Origin: Euprymna scolopes
Taxonomy: Eukaryota
Reading direction: 5' to 3' (one strand)
Length of the DNA stretch: 64,000 nucleotides
NCBI GenBank assembly: GCA_053919585.1
Contig: CM132816.1
Shown here: positions 14,261 to 26,228 of the stretch, one piece after another
How positions within the stretch are numbered: position 1 is the first letter of the stretch
Layout of the letters: the number at the start of each line of letters is the position of its first letter
The notes under the pieces: generated by a model
What the model was told of the DNA's origin: nothing
Seen by the model: only the letters and a program-made list of their open reading frames with translations
Databases searched by the model: none
Position numbers and translations under genes: made by a program

Positions 14261-15255
14261 ATACGATATAGAGACTTCCATTTCTTAGTGGGAAAGTAAT
14301 AAGAGTCACCTCTTGCACCCAAGTTTATTTCGGTCAAAATCAAGCTAATATAGCCCTTGTTTAAATTGAGGAGTTGCCAGCATCTTCTGGTCGCAAAAAA
14401 GATGTATCACACGCGCAACCGCAATTCGATTATGTATAGAGAGACGCGTTGCCTTTCCGCCATTCCTTTCTGTTTCCAGGGTTACATTTCGCACGAATTC
14501 GTGTGCAACCGCTAAGCCTTAAAAATAAGAATCACTGTAGTTATACTATAATAATACATCCTTAAAGTGATTTACATACAGAAGTCCGACGCCTTTAAAA
14601 TAACACGCAACAACGAATGCAGCATGTCCGCCAAAGAACAGGCTGCATTTTGAATTTAAAAAAAAAACATTACTGAAAAAAAAAGCAAAATATGTTCAGG
14701 GTTAAGAAACCAGGGCATGAAGGATAAAGAAAATAGAACAAGGAATACTGTCTATCATTCATTTTAAACGTGGCTTGAAGCAATATTTGATAAGTGAACA
14801 AGATTTAAGTTTGAGCAAGAGCACGTCGAATAAAGAGAACGTCGAATAAAGAGAACGAGGAAAATGAACAAAAGTTTCTAAATCAGTTTTCTTGTATTTT
14901 TTTTTACTCAAACGTATCCGTCAGAAAATATACATCATCTACGATATCCTGTATTTATCGCAGGAACTGACAGCTTGTCATTAGGAATTTAAATATTATT
15001 TTTAATTAGTAATGATTAACTTCGAAATAGAGTACGATTATTGAGTAATGTTTGAATTTCGTTACTAATGAGTTTAGGGTGGTGCAAAAGCATGAAAGCG
15101 CACTAACATATCGAATATATATATATATATATGCATGTATATTATATATATATATATATATATCACTACTACATGTACTCACATAAAATGAATGTACGAA
15201 AATATAAATTTATGTGTAAACTTCAAGTATTTACTTCAAAAGTGCTCAATACGTA

Positions 15256-15308
15256 TAAGCCTGAAGAATCCTAGAGTGGATAAAACGCGGAATATTCAGT
15301 GTAGCTTA
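15256..15308 (+). ncRNA. Type I hammerhead motif, G12->A variant (TAAGC family), in an internally deleted element at ~15165-15336
   Basis: TAAGC CTGAAGA ATCC-TAGAGT-GGAT AAAAC GC-GGAATATTCA-GT GTA GCTTA. Confidence 0.7.
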
Positions 15309-15338
15309 ATCGCCATATATATTTTATAAATTACTATG

Positions 15339-15402
<64 letters not shown>

Positions 15403-15444
15403 AATGTAGGCAAATTTGGACATATTTCATTGGTGTACATCATG

Positions 15445-15500
<56 letters not shown>

Positions 15501-17489
15501 GGCAGCTTTTACAAAGTAATAGCTATTATTTTTTAACTAAATTTTAATTTTATTTAGAAGATTAATAGCATTAAAGAAATTGCCAAATCTTCTACAAAAC
15601 AGGAGGTTCGTGCTGGAAAATTTCTACCAGCTGTCTGTGTCTCTTCATATAATATTTACGCGTGTTTTACTATTGGGCAACGCCGGACGGCCTGCTTTTA
15701 TGCTATACATTCTAAGCTAATATTAGGGTTGAATCTTTGTAGAAAGAAATTTCCAAGGAATATAAAACACACAAACGATTCCACATCGAAAGAGATGAGG
15801 TCGTTAAACCGTTCCACTTCTTTCAGGTGTGTGCATACATCCATAAACGGTCGAGTATGTTAGACTAAACGTTGGTTAACGTCCGCTGTCTAACGAGAAC
15901 CCGTATTCATTTCAATATGTGAGGTGTTTGTGTAGCTATTTTTCCCTCGATTTCTCTGGCTACTTCTGCTTTTTTTTCGGCTGGAAAATTTAGAAATGAA
16001 AACAGGATTTTTACTTGGTAAATTGTGTATGACGGGGTAGGCATATAAATACTGGAGTAAAAATATAAGGATGTGGTTCTCCTTAATAGACCTAACCCTA
16101 ACCATAACCCTTACCTGACTCAATCCTTTATAATTAGGAGATAATTTGCTTCGATTTATGCAAATGAAATTGCACATTAAATTTTAATAATACTTTATTT
16201 ACAGCAACAAAATACTTTCATTATTTTAATGAAAACAATGCCACATCCGTACGTATGCTTAAAACATACACGTTTTAATAATTCTTACTGCAAGATGAGG
16301 TAACATTACGAGGCATACATATGAAAGCGGCTTGCAATCAACTATCGATTGCCTGTCAAAAAACTATCTGTAATTATCCATCTCGTATCTTCAGACGATC
16401 ACAAAATTATGAGGCATCCTGAAGTTTTAATTAGAATCCATTTTAATTTCCTGCCGACAGAGAAAAGTCGACAGAGTTTTTTTAACTTTTGCTTTAGGAT
16501 ATAAAAAAAGGAAACTGGTTCTTTATATCACGATGGACTATTTAGGTGCCGATAAAAACGAGGAATTGGGAGCTTTAATGAGATATAAAAGAAATTGTGA
16601 ATGTATTTAAAATTGCTTCTTTATTCTTTTCATGTGCGTCCTTGAATATTTTAAGATGTTCTGTCCAACAAATGATCAGCCACGTTTCTGGTCGTTCTAA
16701 CTACGACACACAAAGATTAAATGGACGTATCCGCTATAGATACGTCCATATTTATCTAAGAAAATGATATGTCCATTTATAATTGTTGATGGCGTACAAG
16801 TTTTCAGATTGGAATAATGTAATTGTCGGTCTGTCACGCATGTTTTTATTGATCAATTGGGACTTCATCTGTGTAAAAGATAAGGATAAAATTCAATTGG
16901 ATGACGTAAGAGCGAAGATTGCTGTGGTCACTGAGACTCGAGTCTTGAATATCACTTATGGTTGTTCATACTCTAGTGTAGAATCACGTTTCAATACGCT
17001 TTTGCATTCTAGAAAAGTGCTGATAAGTTGTGACGTTTTAATTTTTAGGCGTACTGTCAGCATCTGTAGCAATCTATATGATTCAATAATTACCTATGGT
17101 GGTAAGAGATAATACCGTACATATAAACTCTAGAATAGATTTTGGACTCCAAGACTTTATTCTAGAATTGTCTGCCGGGACCCATGGCACAATAAATAAA
17201 GTACTATGAAAAGTCAGTCCTACGTTGCACATTCCTCGAGATTTAAGGATCAATATAAGGATAATGATAGTAATACTCAGCACATAATTGTGAATAACTT
17301 ACATTTTCTACCCGGTCATAACTGATATAATAAGAGCATGCTACCTACGTGGAGTAACTGAAGAACACCCCTTGCGACTGCTGCGCAATTTCCCTAGTTC
17401 ACCAAGAGATAACTTAAGATATCTTGGATTACAGGTACTAAAATATAGTGAAAATTATGCTCAATAGAAAAACACTAGACTAGCTACAG

Positions 17490-17795
17490 CCACTATCAAC
17501 AAATCCCCTCACCCTCTCTACTTTAATCTAAACGCAGATTTCTTGAACAATGCTTCTTGCCTAGATCTGCGTGTATGTGGAACGCTCTTCCACTGGCCTG
17601 CTTCCAAGAGGTTTACAACATGAGAGTCTTCAAGTCCAATGTGAACTTGGTGAGCCATCTCCTTAAATAATATAAATTTTACCGTATCTATGCCATTAAT
17701 GAATACCGCACTAGCACCTTAGAATCGTTAGTCCCTATCCTCGAGTTGCCTTCTAGCATTGATAAGAGGCGGCACCCTTTTAATAAACAACAAAA
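17490..17795 (+). mobile_element. CR1-group LINE 3' fragment, subfamily B
   Basis: ctaaacgcagatttc...gtcttcaagtccaatgtgaac...cctatcctcgagttgcc...ttgataag + A-rich tail. Confidence 0.75.
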
Positions 17796-17959
17796 AACAA
17801 TAGTTCGAATAATACAAAGTATACGAATGCGTTTAACTGTTATCTCCAAATCTTTTCATAGAGCATCTTCGATGATCTGTGAAGCTTAAGTTTAATATAT
17901 CATGTATATGAGTTTGTTTACACTCGAGTTCGTAAAGACAACTTTCATTTTGATATTCT

Positions 17960-18410
17960 ATTGGTGACAACATGGACTTTCCCGTAGTTTGCCAGTCTCA
18001 GATTTAAACAGCATTTACATTGATTTATCAAGTTTATATGTAGAAACTATGATCTTCTACGGGGAACTGTAAAATGGAACCCGCAAGGTAGGAGGTCAGA
18101 AGCGGAACCTGAAGGCGATGAACATATATGTCAAGAGGTTTGGGAGGGACAAGCCAAAAAAAGGAGTAGATGGCGGAATAGTCTCCACAAGCAGCAAGAA
18201 GAAATAAAGAGAAAGATTGGAAAAGCCTTAGAGCTTAGACACTATCGACGACACAACCCCGGCACCCACATATGCGGTGATTGGGACCAGACGTTTCATA
18301 CATAGAGAACTACGCAAATACCGTGGATTGAGGTATCGATGGCCCGACTAGTCATTGTCAAGAATGACGACCTGCATGATGATGATGATGATGCTGATGA
18401 TGACGAAGGA
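17960..18410 (+). mobile_element. Possible degenerate RTE-like LINE 3' end with (TGA)n tail
   Basis: Purine-rich remnant ending in (GAT/TGA)n; no clean translation. Confidence 0.3.
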
Positions 18411-18799
18411 AAACATTTTCGATGGTCTTAAGGACATTAGTTTGATATAACGTCCATCACTCTTAAGTTTAAAATGAGTGTTTTATTATTGTGTCGCGCT
18501 TAAATATAATAAATGATGTCGGGGGGGGGGTTATAAAATAACTTGAATAAGTTGAAATAGCATTAAACGTATTCTGTACATTAACCCCCCAACTTAAATA
18601 TACATCGATCTGTCAGTTGAGATAATTTTTCATTCGTACGTAAGATAAGATTATAGATCACTTGTAAATTGTAGATATTAAATTTGAGATGCCAGAAGTT
18701 TATATAATGGTTTTATCGGTCTGTAAATTAAAGTGTAAAAATAGTTACGATTGCTTTACTAGTTAAAGTTTTCGTATTATTTTGTTCCAATCTGGAGTT

Positions 18800-19215
18800 T
18801 AAATTTCACAATATTCCGGGGGATGTATAATTAAACCTTCTTCATGTGTATTTTACCGAACTCAGAAATGTTTTTGTCGAACTGGTAAATTGGAAAAGTT
18901 GATATTCTTCTGAAGGTTAAAGGTTTAATTCTTAGTGAGGGCCACCAAAAAATACAACTGCGAATTTTGTAGGACCTCTATCAAGTCATGGCTGATGGAC
19001 CAAGAGCAAGCTACCTCCGTGAAGTAAATAAAAAGTTCCATTCGAAATTCCGTTCAAATTCCCGTTTTCGACAGAAACGTTCCCTAATTCGACAAAAACA
19101 CTTGAAGAATGTTAAAGGTTACATCGGCCGAAACGTAAAAATCATACTCAAATGAAATAGTCTGATTTATCTTAATAATACGAATAACTAATGATCCTCT
19201 CAAAAATTGAAAAGA
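18800..19215. mobile_element. Fold-back repeat with outward-facing minimal hammerhead-like arms (same family as 24372-24760)
   Basis: 18850-19140 aligns with the reverse complement of 24372-24640; right arm CAC TTGAAGA...CATCGGCC GAAACGT at 19099-19136. Confidence 0.65.
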
Positions 19216-19927
19216 GTTTTAATAATATTTTTATAGTCTGCCACGCATGTTAAAAAAAATTATTAATCAGCCATTTTTATTAAATAATAATCGATTTACG
19301 TGCAGAATAAATGGATGCATGTAAGATCATCAATCTTTTTGTTGTTTTTTTTATTTCCGTTTCTTTTGGGCAAAACTCCAGCTAAAAGAATCGTTTCTTT
19401 ATTAATTATTGAAAACGTAAAAAGACGCCCATATGAAGAAAAATCAATATTTCTTTCCTTTCAGGGTGATCGATTATATAGAAACATATTGTCGGCGTAA
19501 GGGAGTTTTTGAACGTAAGTTTGTTAACCCTTTATCAAAAGCTGGGTGCATTTTCATTTATACAATATAATCAACTTAAGTAATCATATATTAGATAAAC
19601 TTTTTTTTACTTTGGTTAAAACCAACGAAAATCGCTGACATGATTTCAGTATTTTTTATGCCATTTTTTATTTTATTTTCCTGTTCGTACGAACAAAAAT
19701 ATGCAATTGTTCTAACCAACTTCGCCAATGCATGAAGTATTGGAATGGAAAGCGTTTTTACAGCAAGAGAAACTTACATAACGATGTTAGTGCAGCACTT
19801 CGGATAATAAATTATTAAGAAAATTTATTGTAAACTATTAGATTAAATTTGCTTAATAAATTAGTATCAGGAAGGAACCGATTGCTTGGTTTGCATGCAA
19901 TATTCTTGTATGTTTTTAAGTTTCGCA

Positions 19928-20102
19928 AGTGTATATTAATAAATGTATATCAATAAATGTATATTAATAAATGCATGTTAATAAATGCATGTTACTAAAT
20001 GTATGTTAATAAATGCATGTTAATAAATGCATGTTAATAAATGCGTGTTAATAAATGCGTGTGAATAAATGTGTGTGACTAAATGTATGTTAATAAATGT
20101 AT
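19928..20102. repeat. 14-bp tandem minisatellite (TTAATAAATGCATG-like) x~12
   Basis: Direct observation. Confidence 0.9.
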
Positions 20103-20589
20103 TACCGACGATGAGGTATGTTTCCATAAGCTTTTGTCTCAAATTGCAAAGTGTGGAGTTTGTAGCAAAGTGTTTTGCCAACATTTGCTTTAATCAGCTG
20201 TTTGCGAACTTATTTTATAACCGTTTGTGACAGTCCTATAATACGCAGAAATATTATAATTCAATTAATACAGAAATTCAGTCATGTGCGTGCGAGTGTT
20301 ATATTTTCCCACCCGTTCACTTATTGTAAGTAAAATAAAGAAAAAAATACTCATGCTGAGATCGAAAGCAGAACCTTAAGATGCTCATTCATAAAACAGT
20401 TGGGAATCCGATAAATCCTACGTTCGACATTTTCGAGTTTGCCTCCTTAGAAGCCCTTTTAGATAAAAACGGATTAAAAAGTTTCCAAATGTTAAAATAT
20501 TGCATATATCACATTTCAAGCCTGTAGATACGAAATTCTTTGAGTATATAGGTTGAAAATTTTCCTCACAAACCCAATCTTAAGAAATA

Positions 20590-20605
20590 TTCAGAATGTG
20601 TGAGA

Positions 20606-20669
<64 letters not shown>

Positions 20670-21122
20670 TGATTTTCAACAGCCGAACCAATGTCGCAAC
20701 CCAAAAGAGCCAGGAAAGCCAACAAACCGGAAATTCAAGTCTTGAGTTTCGCCCTCATTTGGGCTCATCAGTTAGACATATCCGCGCTCAGGATTTGAAA
20801 CCCGAACCTCTACATGCTAGGCGAGTATTCTACCAACCAAGCAAACAGGCTACTCACACAGGAAAGCCTATTAACTTACACAGATCAAGCAACCCGCAGC
20901 ACAGATCCGATAGTGGAAAGAACCCACCTCATATCGAACAAGGGACGAGGTATCAAAGCAGCTTTAACCCAAGCCGACGTCTTGCCAGTAGGAATTTTAT
21001 ATACTGGAAAGGACGATGTCATCCCAACAAGCTAAACTTACGAGTAATCAATAGAATGTTCAGAAAGTGTGAGAGAATATAGATATATAATGATTTTCCA
21101 CAGCCGAACCAATGTCGCAGCC

Positions 21123-21126
<4 letters not shown>
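20590..21126 (-). mobile_element. tRNA-head + hammerhead element with terminal direct repeat (unit ~421 bp), flanked by (TA)n
   Basis: TGATTTTC(A/C)ACAGCCGAACCAATGTCGCA at 20670 and 21091; minus strand tRNA(Ala-like, CTAGCAT) head 20850-20782 followed by CTGATGA GCCC-AAATGA-GGGC GAAAC. Confidence 0.7.
20735..20776 (-). ncRNA. Hammerhead core with perfect stem II but degenerate stem I/cleavage site
   Basis: TCTAA CTGATGA GCCC AAATGA GGGC GAAAC TCAA GAC TTGA. Confidence 0.55.
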
Positions 21127-21182
<56 letters not shown>

Positions 21183-21187
<5 letters not shown>

Positions 21188-21741
21188 ACTTCATTTATTC
21201 GCATAAATTTAATATACGAAAGTATAGATTTATGCGTAAACTTATTATTTACTTCAAAAGTGCTCAATACGTAGGTAGAGCTAGTTAGTAATTATAGTAA
21301 TAGCGATACAAAATAGCTTTAAAACTAACAATAACAATAGGAAAAAACAAATAAATAAATTAAATAAACATGAATATACATAAACGATCACATACATATA
21401 TGTATATATATGTATATATATATATGTATATATGTATATGTATGTGCATTGTTGTGTGCGCATAGGTATATTTATATGTATAAAAAAAAAAGGAGAGCGG
21501 CCACTTAAAACCACTAACCTAGTTCTAAAACAGATCCTTTGTTTGATAAAATGCATGCCCATTGGCTGGTAGGAAGGGACGCGGTGGATACTAGAAAGCT
21601 GATTGGCCGACTAGAAATCCTCAACATATATAAAAACAAGAAGCAACAACAGAATTCGCGCATAAGCCTGACGAATCCTATAGTTGGATGAAACGCAGAA
21701 TATTCAGTGTAGCTTAATCGCCATATATATTTTATAAATTA

Positions 21742-21745
<4 letters not shown>
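21183..21745 (+). mobile_element. Penelope-like pseudo-LTR / retrozyme-type element between (TA)n tracts
   Basis: 5' part shared with 15165-15255 and 26760-26850; two ATTGG boxes, TATATAAAAA at 21627-21636, then an intact hammerhead. Confidence 0.6.
21663..21716 (+). ncRNA. Type I hammerhead ribozyme, intact core (TAAGC family)
   Basis: Stem I TAAGC/GCTTA; CTGACGA; stem II ATCC/GGAT; GAAAC; stem III ACGC/GTGT around palindromic GAATATTC; GUA site at 21709-21711. Confidence 0.85.
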
Positions 21746-21823
<78 letters not shown>

Positions 21824-21827
21824 GAAT

Positions 21828-21900
21828 ATTGGCTGAAGAGAGCTTGATAAGGATACCTTAAATGGGCCTTATTATCGGGCTTGAAACCAACGGTACCAAT
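21828..21900 (+). ncRNA. Type I hammerhead ribozyme, intact core, extended stem II
   Basis: Stem I ATTGG/CCAAT; CTGAAGA; 11-bp stem II GAGCTTGATAA/TTATCGGGCTT; GAAAC; stem III ACC/GGT; GUA site at 21893-21895. Confidence 0.8.
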
Positions 21901-22010
21901 GATCTGTCTCAACTAACAACTTTCTGTACACAAAATATAAATACGTTCTTAAAATTTTGATTTTCCTTTTAATTGAGCACTCTGCTGGAATTCTTTTTTA
22001 AAAAAAACTA

Positions 22011-22042
<32 letters not shown>

Positions 22043-22889
22043 CGTACATGCATATGTGTGTACATTATCCTATGGATGAAGAGCCAGACTTGTGACATTT
22101 TGTAAGCATAAAATTTCCTATTATCAGATACAATAATCTTTGGGATGCCTTAGATGTTTTTATATTTTTATGCTTGAAAAAATATATCTATAGAAACCAT
22201 TAGTTTGCGAATCCTTACTTTTCGTTAGACTATGACATGAATTGCACCGACTATACATACCATTACTTCTAGCGAATATAATATTTTGTTAGCACTATTT
22301 TCTTGACACGCAAAATATCAGAAATATTTGTGACAACTGTGAAGCATATCGAAAATCCATTGTGGAAAGGCTGCTTTTAATGATACGGCTTCAGTTAAAG
22401 CCGATATATTTTGATGATTTTCGTATTCGCACAAAAAGCGCCATTTGTTTTAGGGAAAGGCAAACATATTTTTATTTTCTTATCGATTAAAACGAGTCGT
22501 AGATTATTTTACAGTTGTTGTTGTTAAGATATTCTTTAACGCTGTTTTTGAACCAATATGTTGTATTTTTGTTTATATTGCCTTTGGAAACGAGAAATTA
22601 TCCTCAAGTCAGTGGATATAGAATAATGTTGAAAGATATAAAATATTGTTTTCGTGAAAATTGTCAAACCCAGTGAATTGTAATAAAACAGAGAAGTACA
22701 AATAGGAAAATGAATATATCGTTGGCAGTGTGATCACAAATCTGTCTCTGGTTCAAATAACCATTTTCATGAGATATATTTGCGATCGAACCGTAGTTCT
22801 TCCAGTGCTTAACTCATACAGAATAAAAACTAAAATGAAAGCAAAAAAAAATAATAAACAATTAGCTGTTATTAAATAGGTCCCGAACT

Positions 22890-23295
22890 GTCATCTAAGC
22901 TTCATCCCCTGTCCCATCGACGAAATGTTGCATCGCTCTGCTTGTTTTACAAATATTTTAATGGTGGATGCTTTGACGAAATACAAGCCCTTGTACCTCC
23001 TCGATGAAAATACCCGCGACAAACCCGACAAGCAGTGAAGTCCCACCCCTTCACAGTAGATATCCATAGATGTAGGAAGGCCTCTTAATCTAATAGCTTC
23101 TTCTCCAGAACTGCTAGACTTTATAATTCTCTTCCAGTTTCCTGCTTCCCTAACCGTACTGACATGCAGACGTTCAAGTGTAATGTTTATAGACATCTTG
23201 CTGCTAAACTCCCTACATAGTACCCTTGCAACTTAGGTCCGTGATAGTAGCCCCCTATATCAAAGTGGCAATGTGCTTTGTTTGGGGTGAAAATG

Positions 23296-23298
<3 letters not shown>
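22890..23298 (+). mobile_element. CR1-group LINE 3' fragment, subfamily A, ending in (TA)n
   Basis: PLSHRRNVASLCLFYKYF remnant and 3' UTR ...AAAGTGGCAATGTGCTTTGTTTGGGGTGAAAATGTAA nearly identical to the reverse complement of 41461-41500. Confidence 0.9.
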
Positions 23299-23365
<67 letters not shown>

Positions 23366-23718
23366 CAGGGTGAGCCCCCCCCAAAACAAGAGCTAAATGG
23401 AGGCCATCTGTAACATTTGCTGTAGAACGGAGAAAAAAAGGCCAAAGACCCTAGTGCTTAGATGTGATGTTTTGAATATAATGAACTAGTTATGGAAAAA
23501 GTTTCATTTCATTCGGACAAAACACTAAGAAATGGGGCCTAATTAGAGTTGGGGCCCGNNNNNNNNNNNNNNNNNNNNNNNNNNNNNNNNNNNNNNNNNN
23601 NNNNNNNNNNNNNNNNNNNNNNNNNNNNNNNNNNNNNNNNNNNNNNNNNNNNNNNNNNNNNNNNNNNNNNNNNNNNNNNNNNNNNNNNNNNNNNNNNNNN
23701 NNNNNNNNNNNNNNNNNN

Positions 23719-24228
23719 CGACGTTGCCCGGGTGTTTTGATGAGTATGTTGAGAAAAAAAAAGTGGTAGTAGGAATGCAGGCTCGAACCCGTATCGCAAA
23801 GGAGGAAAAGAACGAGGTAAAACCTAACGTGTGTGCTGTTACGACCACCGCCAAACGGGAAGCGACATTTTTTAAAATTAAGACTAGACAATCTACAGGA
23901 GAGAATAACTTTTAAAAAATATCGGCGAAAAAAGTGACCCCCTGTAGAAAAGTGCCTAGTTGAAGGGGAAGATATTAATGTTTTTAGACAATTTTTCGAT
24001 ATTTGTCGTATGAAAGATCGAACTTTAAAACGATACTGAGCTTGGTAAAATCCGTCGCCTATATTGACAGTTTAAGGCAGACATGCAAACATACATACAT
24101 ACATACATTTATATATCGCCAAATTTCTAGCCAAAAACCGATCACATCGATGTTCCCAAATCTCAGTACCCTGTAAATCAAATTTCGAGTCTGTAGACTA
24201 AAAATTGACAGAGTTATTGCGTAGGGAA
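23719..24228 (-). mobile_element. Non-autonomous Helitron-like element containing a tRNA-like segment
   Basis: CGACGTTGCCCGGG (reverse complement of the 3' hairpin), B-box-like GGGTTCGAGCC on the minus strand at ~23780-23790, (ACAT)n tract; bounded by gaps. Confidence 0.5.
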
Positions 24229-24371
24229 NNNNNNNNNNNNNNNNNNNNNNNNNNNNNNNNNNNNNNNNNNNNNNNNNNNNNNNNNNNNNNNNNNNNNNNN
24301 NNNNNNNNNNNNNNNNNNNNNNNNNNNNNNNNNNNNNNNNNNNNNNNNNNNNNNNNNNNNNNNNNNNNNNN

Positions 24372-24760
24372 ATTTTCACAACGTTTGGGTCGATGTAACC
24401 TCCGACCTTCTTCAGGTGTATCTTGTCGAACACGGAATGTTTCTGTCGAATTCAGGAATTTGGACGGAATTTTGAGCGGAACCATTTAATTACTTCACGA
24501 GGGTAGCATGCTCTTGTTCCGTCAGCCATAGCTGGATAAAAGTCCTAAGTAATGCGCAAATCTATGTTTCGGTCGCCCACTCTAATGATTGAAAAAATAC
24601 ATTAGTGAGTTCGACAGAAACATTCCCGATTCCGACAGGATGGAGGTCGGAGGTTACATCGACTGAAACGTTGTGAAAATCACACTGAAGGTGAGAACAG
24701 ACGTCCGATGAATAATGATGCAAATAACCAACCCTCATCTCAAAAATTCAGAAAAAGAGG
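24372..24760. mobile_element. Fold-back Penelope-like repeat with two outward-facing minimal hammerhead-like arms
   Basis: 24372-24450 is the reverse complement of 24607-24680; minus arm CAC CTGAAGA A GGTCG-GAGGTTACAT-CGACC CAAAC GTT GTG (24418-24377). Confidence 0.7.
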
Positions 24761-24879
24761 TGTCATTCTTTGTTGTGAAGTAATTCAGCGTTTTCGGGTT
24801 AAGCCCGCGAACAGTTCATGCAATTTTCGTTTAGTTTCATGCATCAGAGAGTATATGAAATTGCTGATAGTGCTCATAT

Positions 24880-25700
24880 CTATGCTGACGGTTTCTGTGA
24901 ATGTCTTATGAGGGTGGACAATAGAATGAGACTCAGTCGAGCATTGCAATGGAAATAACGATAGATAACAAATGGTCTCGGAACATCTCTACTGTGTGAA
25001 AAAGTTAGCGTGAAATAAAAAGCACTGACCACCAGATTTCGAAGTAAGTTTAATACTCTGTACAGAAAAGAGGACAGTGCGCTGGATAGTCCTTACTAAA
25101 TATCTGAAAACAGTGCTCAATCTTAGGACGTATTAGTTCGTATGAACTTAAAAGATAACACAGAGTCTGAGATTTTTTTCTCCAGCCGTATAATTATCCA
25201 ATGTATATTTTCAAGAGAACAAAGCGACGGAATTGATGGATATGTTCCATTTCAAATCAGAAGAAAATAGTAATCCTTGTTAAATCATTGTACTTTATAA
25301 ACACTATAAACATTCATTTCGATATGAGGCCAGTTTTGAGATCAGAACGTTGGAGGTGACAAGTTAACAAGCTTAACTTCAAATGCATTAAAATAAATCA
25401 GACACTTTATCCTCATTGCAACGCGTGCTCAATGCAAGAATAGAGAGAATCAGAAAGATATTTGTCATTGCTAGCTTTCGAAGTGTTACTATATGTGGAA
25501 ATCTCGCCGCATAAATGTCTATGAATGATCAAAGAATGATATTTGAGAAATAATTGATGAAGATCAGGAAGAGAAACGGAGCCAGGATGAAATCCTGAGG
25601 GATGCTAGCGGTGATACTATGCGCTTTCCCTGGTATGAATATTCATTGCATCTTTCGGAACATTCGTCGCATAGGACCCAAAGATTGACAATGCATGTTT
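24880..25700 (-). mobile_element. Highly degenerate CR1-group RT fragment
   Basis: Minus translation ITASIPQDFILAPFLFLIFIN (cf. NAGVPQGSILGPLLFLIFIN) and IYAA (cf. IYADD). Confidence 0.65.
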
Positions 25701-25838
25701 CCCCTATCAGCCAGATATAAAACCCCGCTGAACACTCATTCTTGATATTATTGTAAAGCCTATCTATTGTAAATTGCTATAAGACTGCATTGTTGAACTA
25801 GACTGATACGTTTTATACACACACACACACACACACAC

Positions 25839-25898
<60 letters not shown>

Positions 25899-25903
<5 letters not shown>

Positions 25904-26107
25904 TAACACGGAAATTACATAATTGTCGATGCAATAATTTATTTCAACCTTATGGTATTTTCAAGCATCTAAACCAGACAATTACATTTTTGATACTCAG
26001 ATACTGAGAGTATCAAAAATGTAATTGTCTGGTTTAGATGCTTGAAAATACCATAAGGTTGAAATAAATTATTGCATCGACAATTATGTAATTTCCGTGT
26101 TATATTT
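25899..26107. repeat. Perfect 100-bp inverted repeat with 9-bp spacer, between (TA)n tracts
   Basis: 25899-25998 is the exact reverse complement of 26008-26107. Confidence 0.95.
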
Positions 26108-26177
26108 TTATGTTATTGCTCTGTTTACCACATTGAGCTCTCATACCCGGATTTCCTCTGGAATTATTCCATTATAA

Positions 26178-26228
<51 letters not shown>

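Noticed and set aside
6055-20102. Regularly spaced short repeats (6055-6565, 11890-11948, 19928-20102) as CRISPR arrays
   Set aside because: Contiguous tandem units without unique spacers, no cas genes, eukaryotic context
20600-21082. 160-aa ORF
   Set aside because: Starts in (TA)n and runs antisense through the tRNA-HHR element; no protein motif
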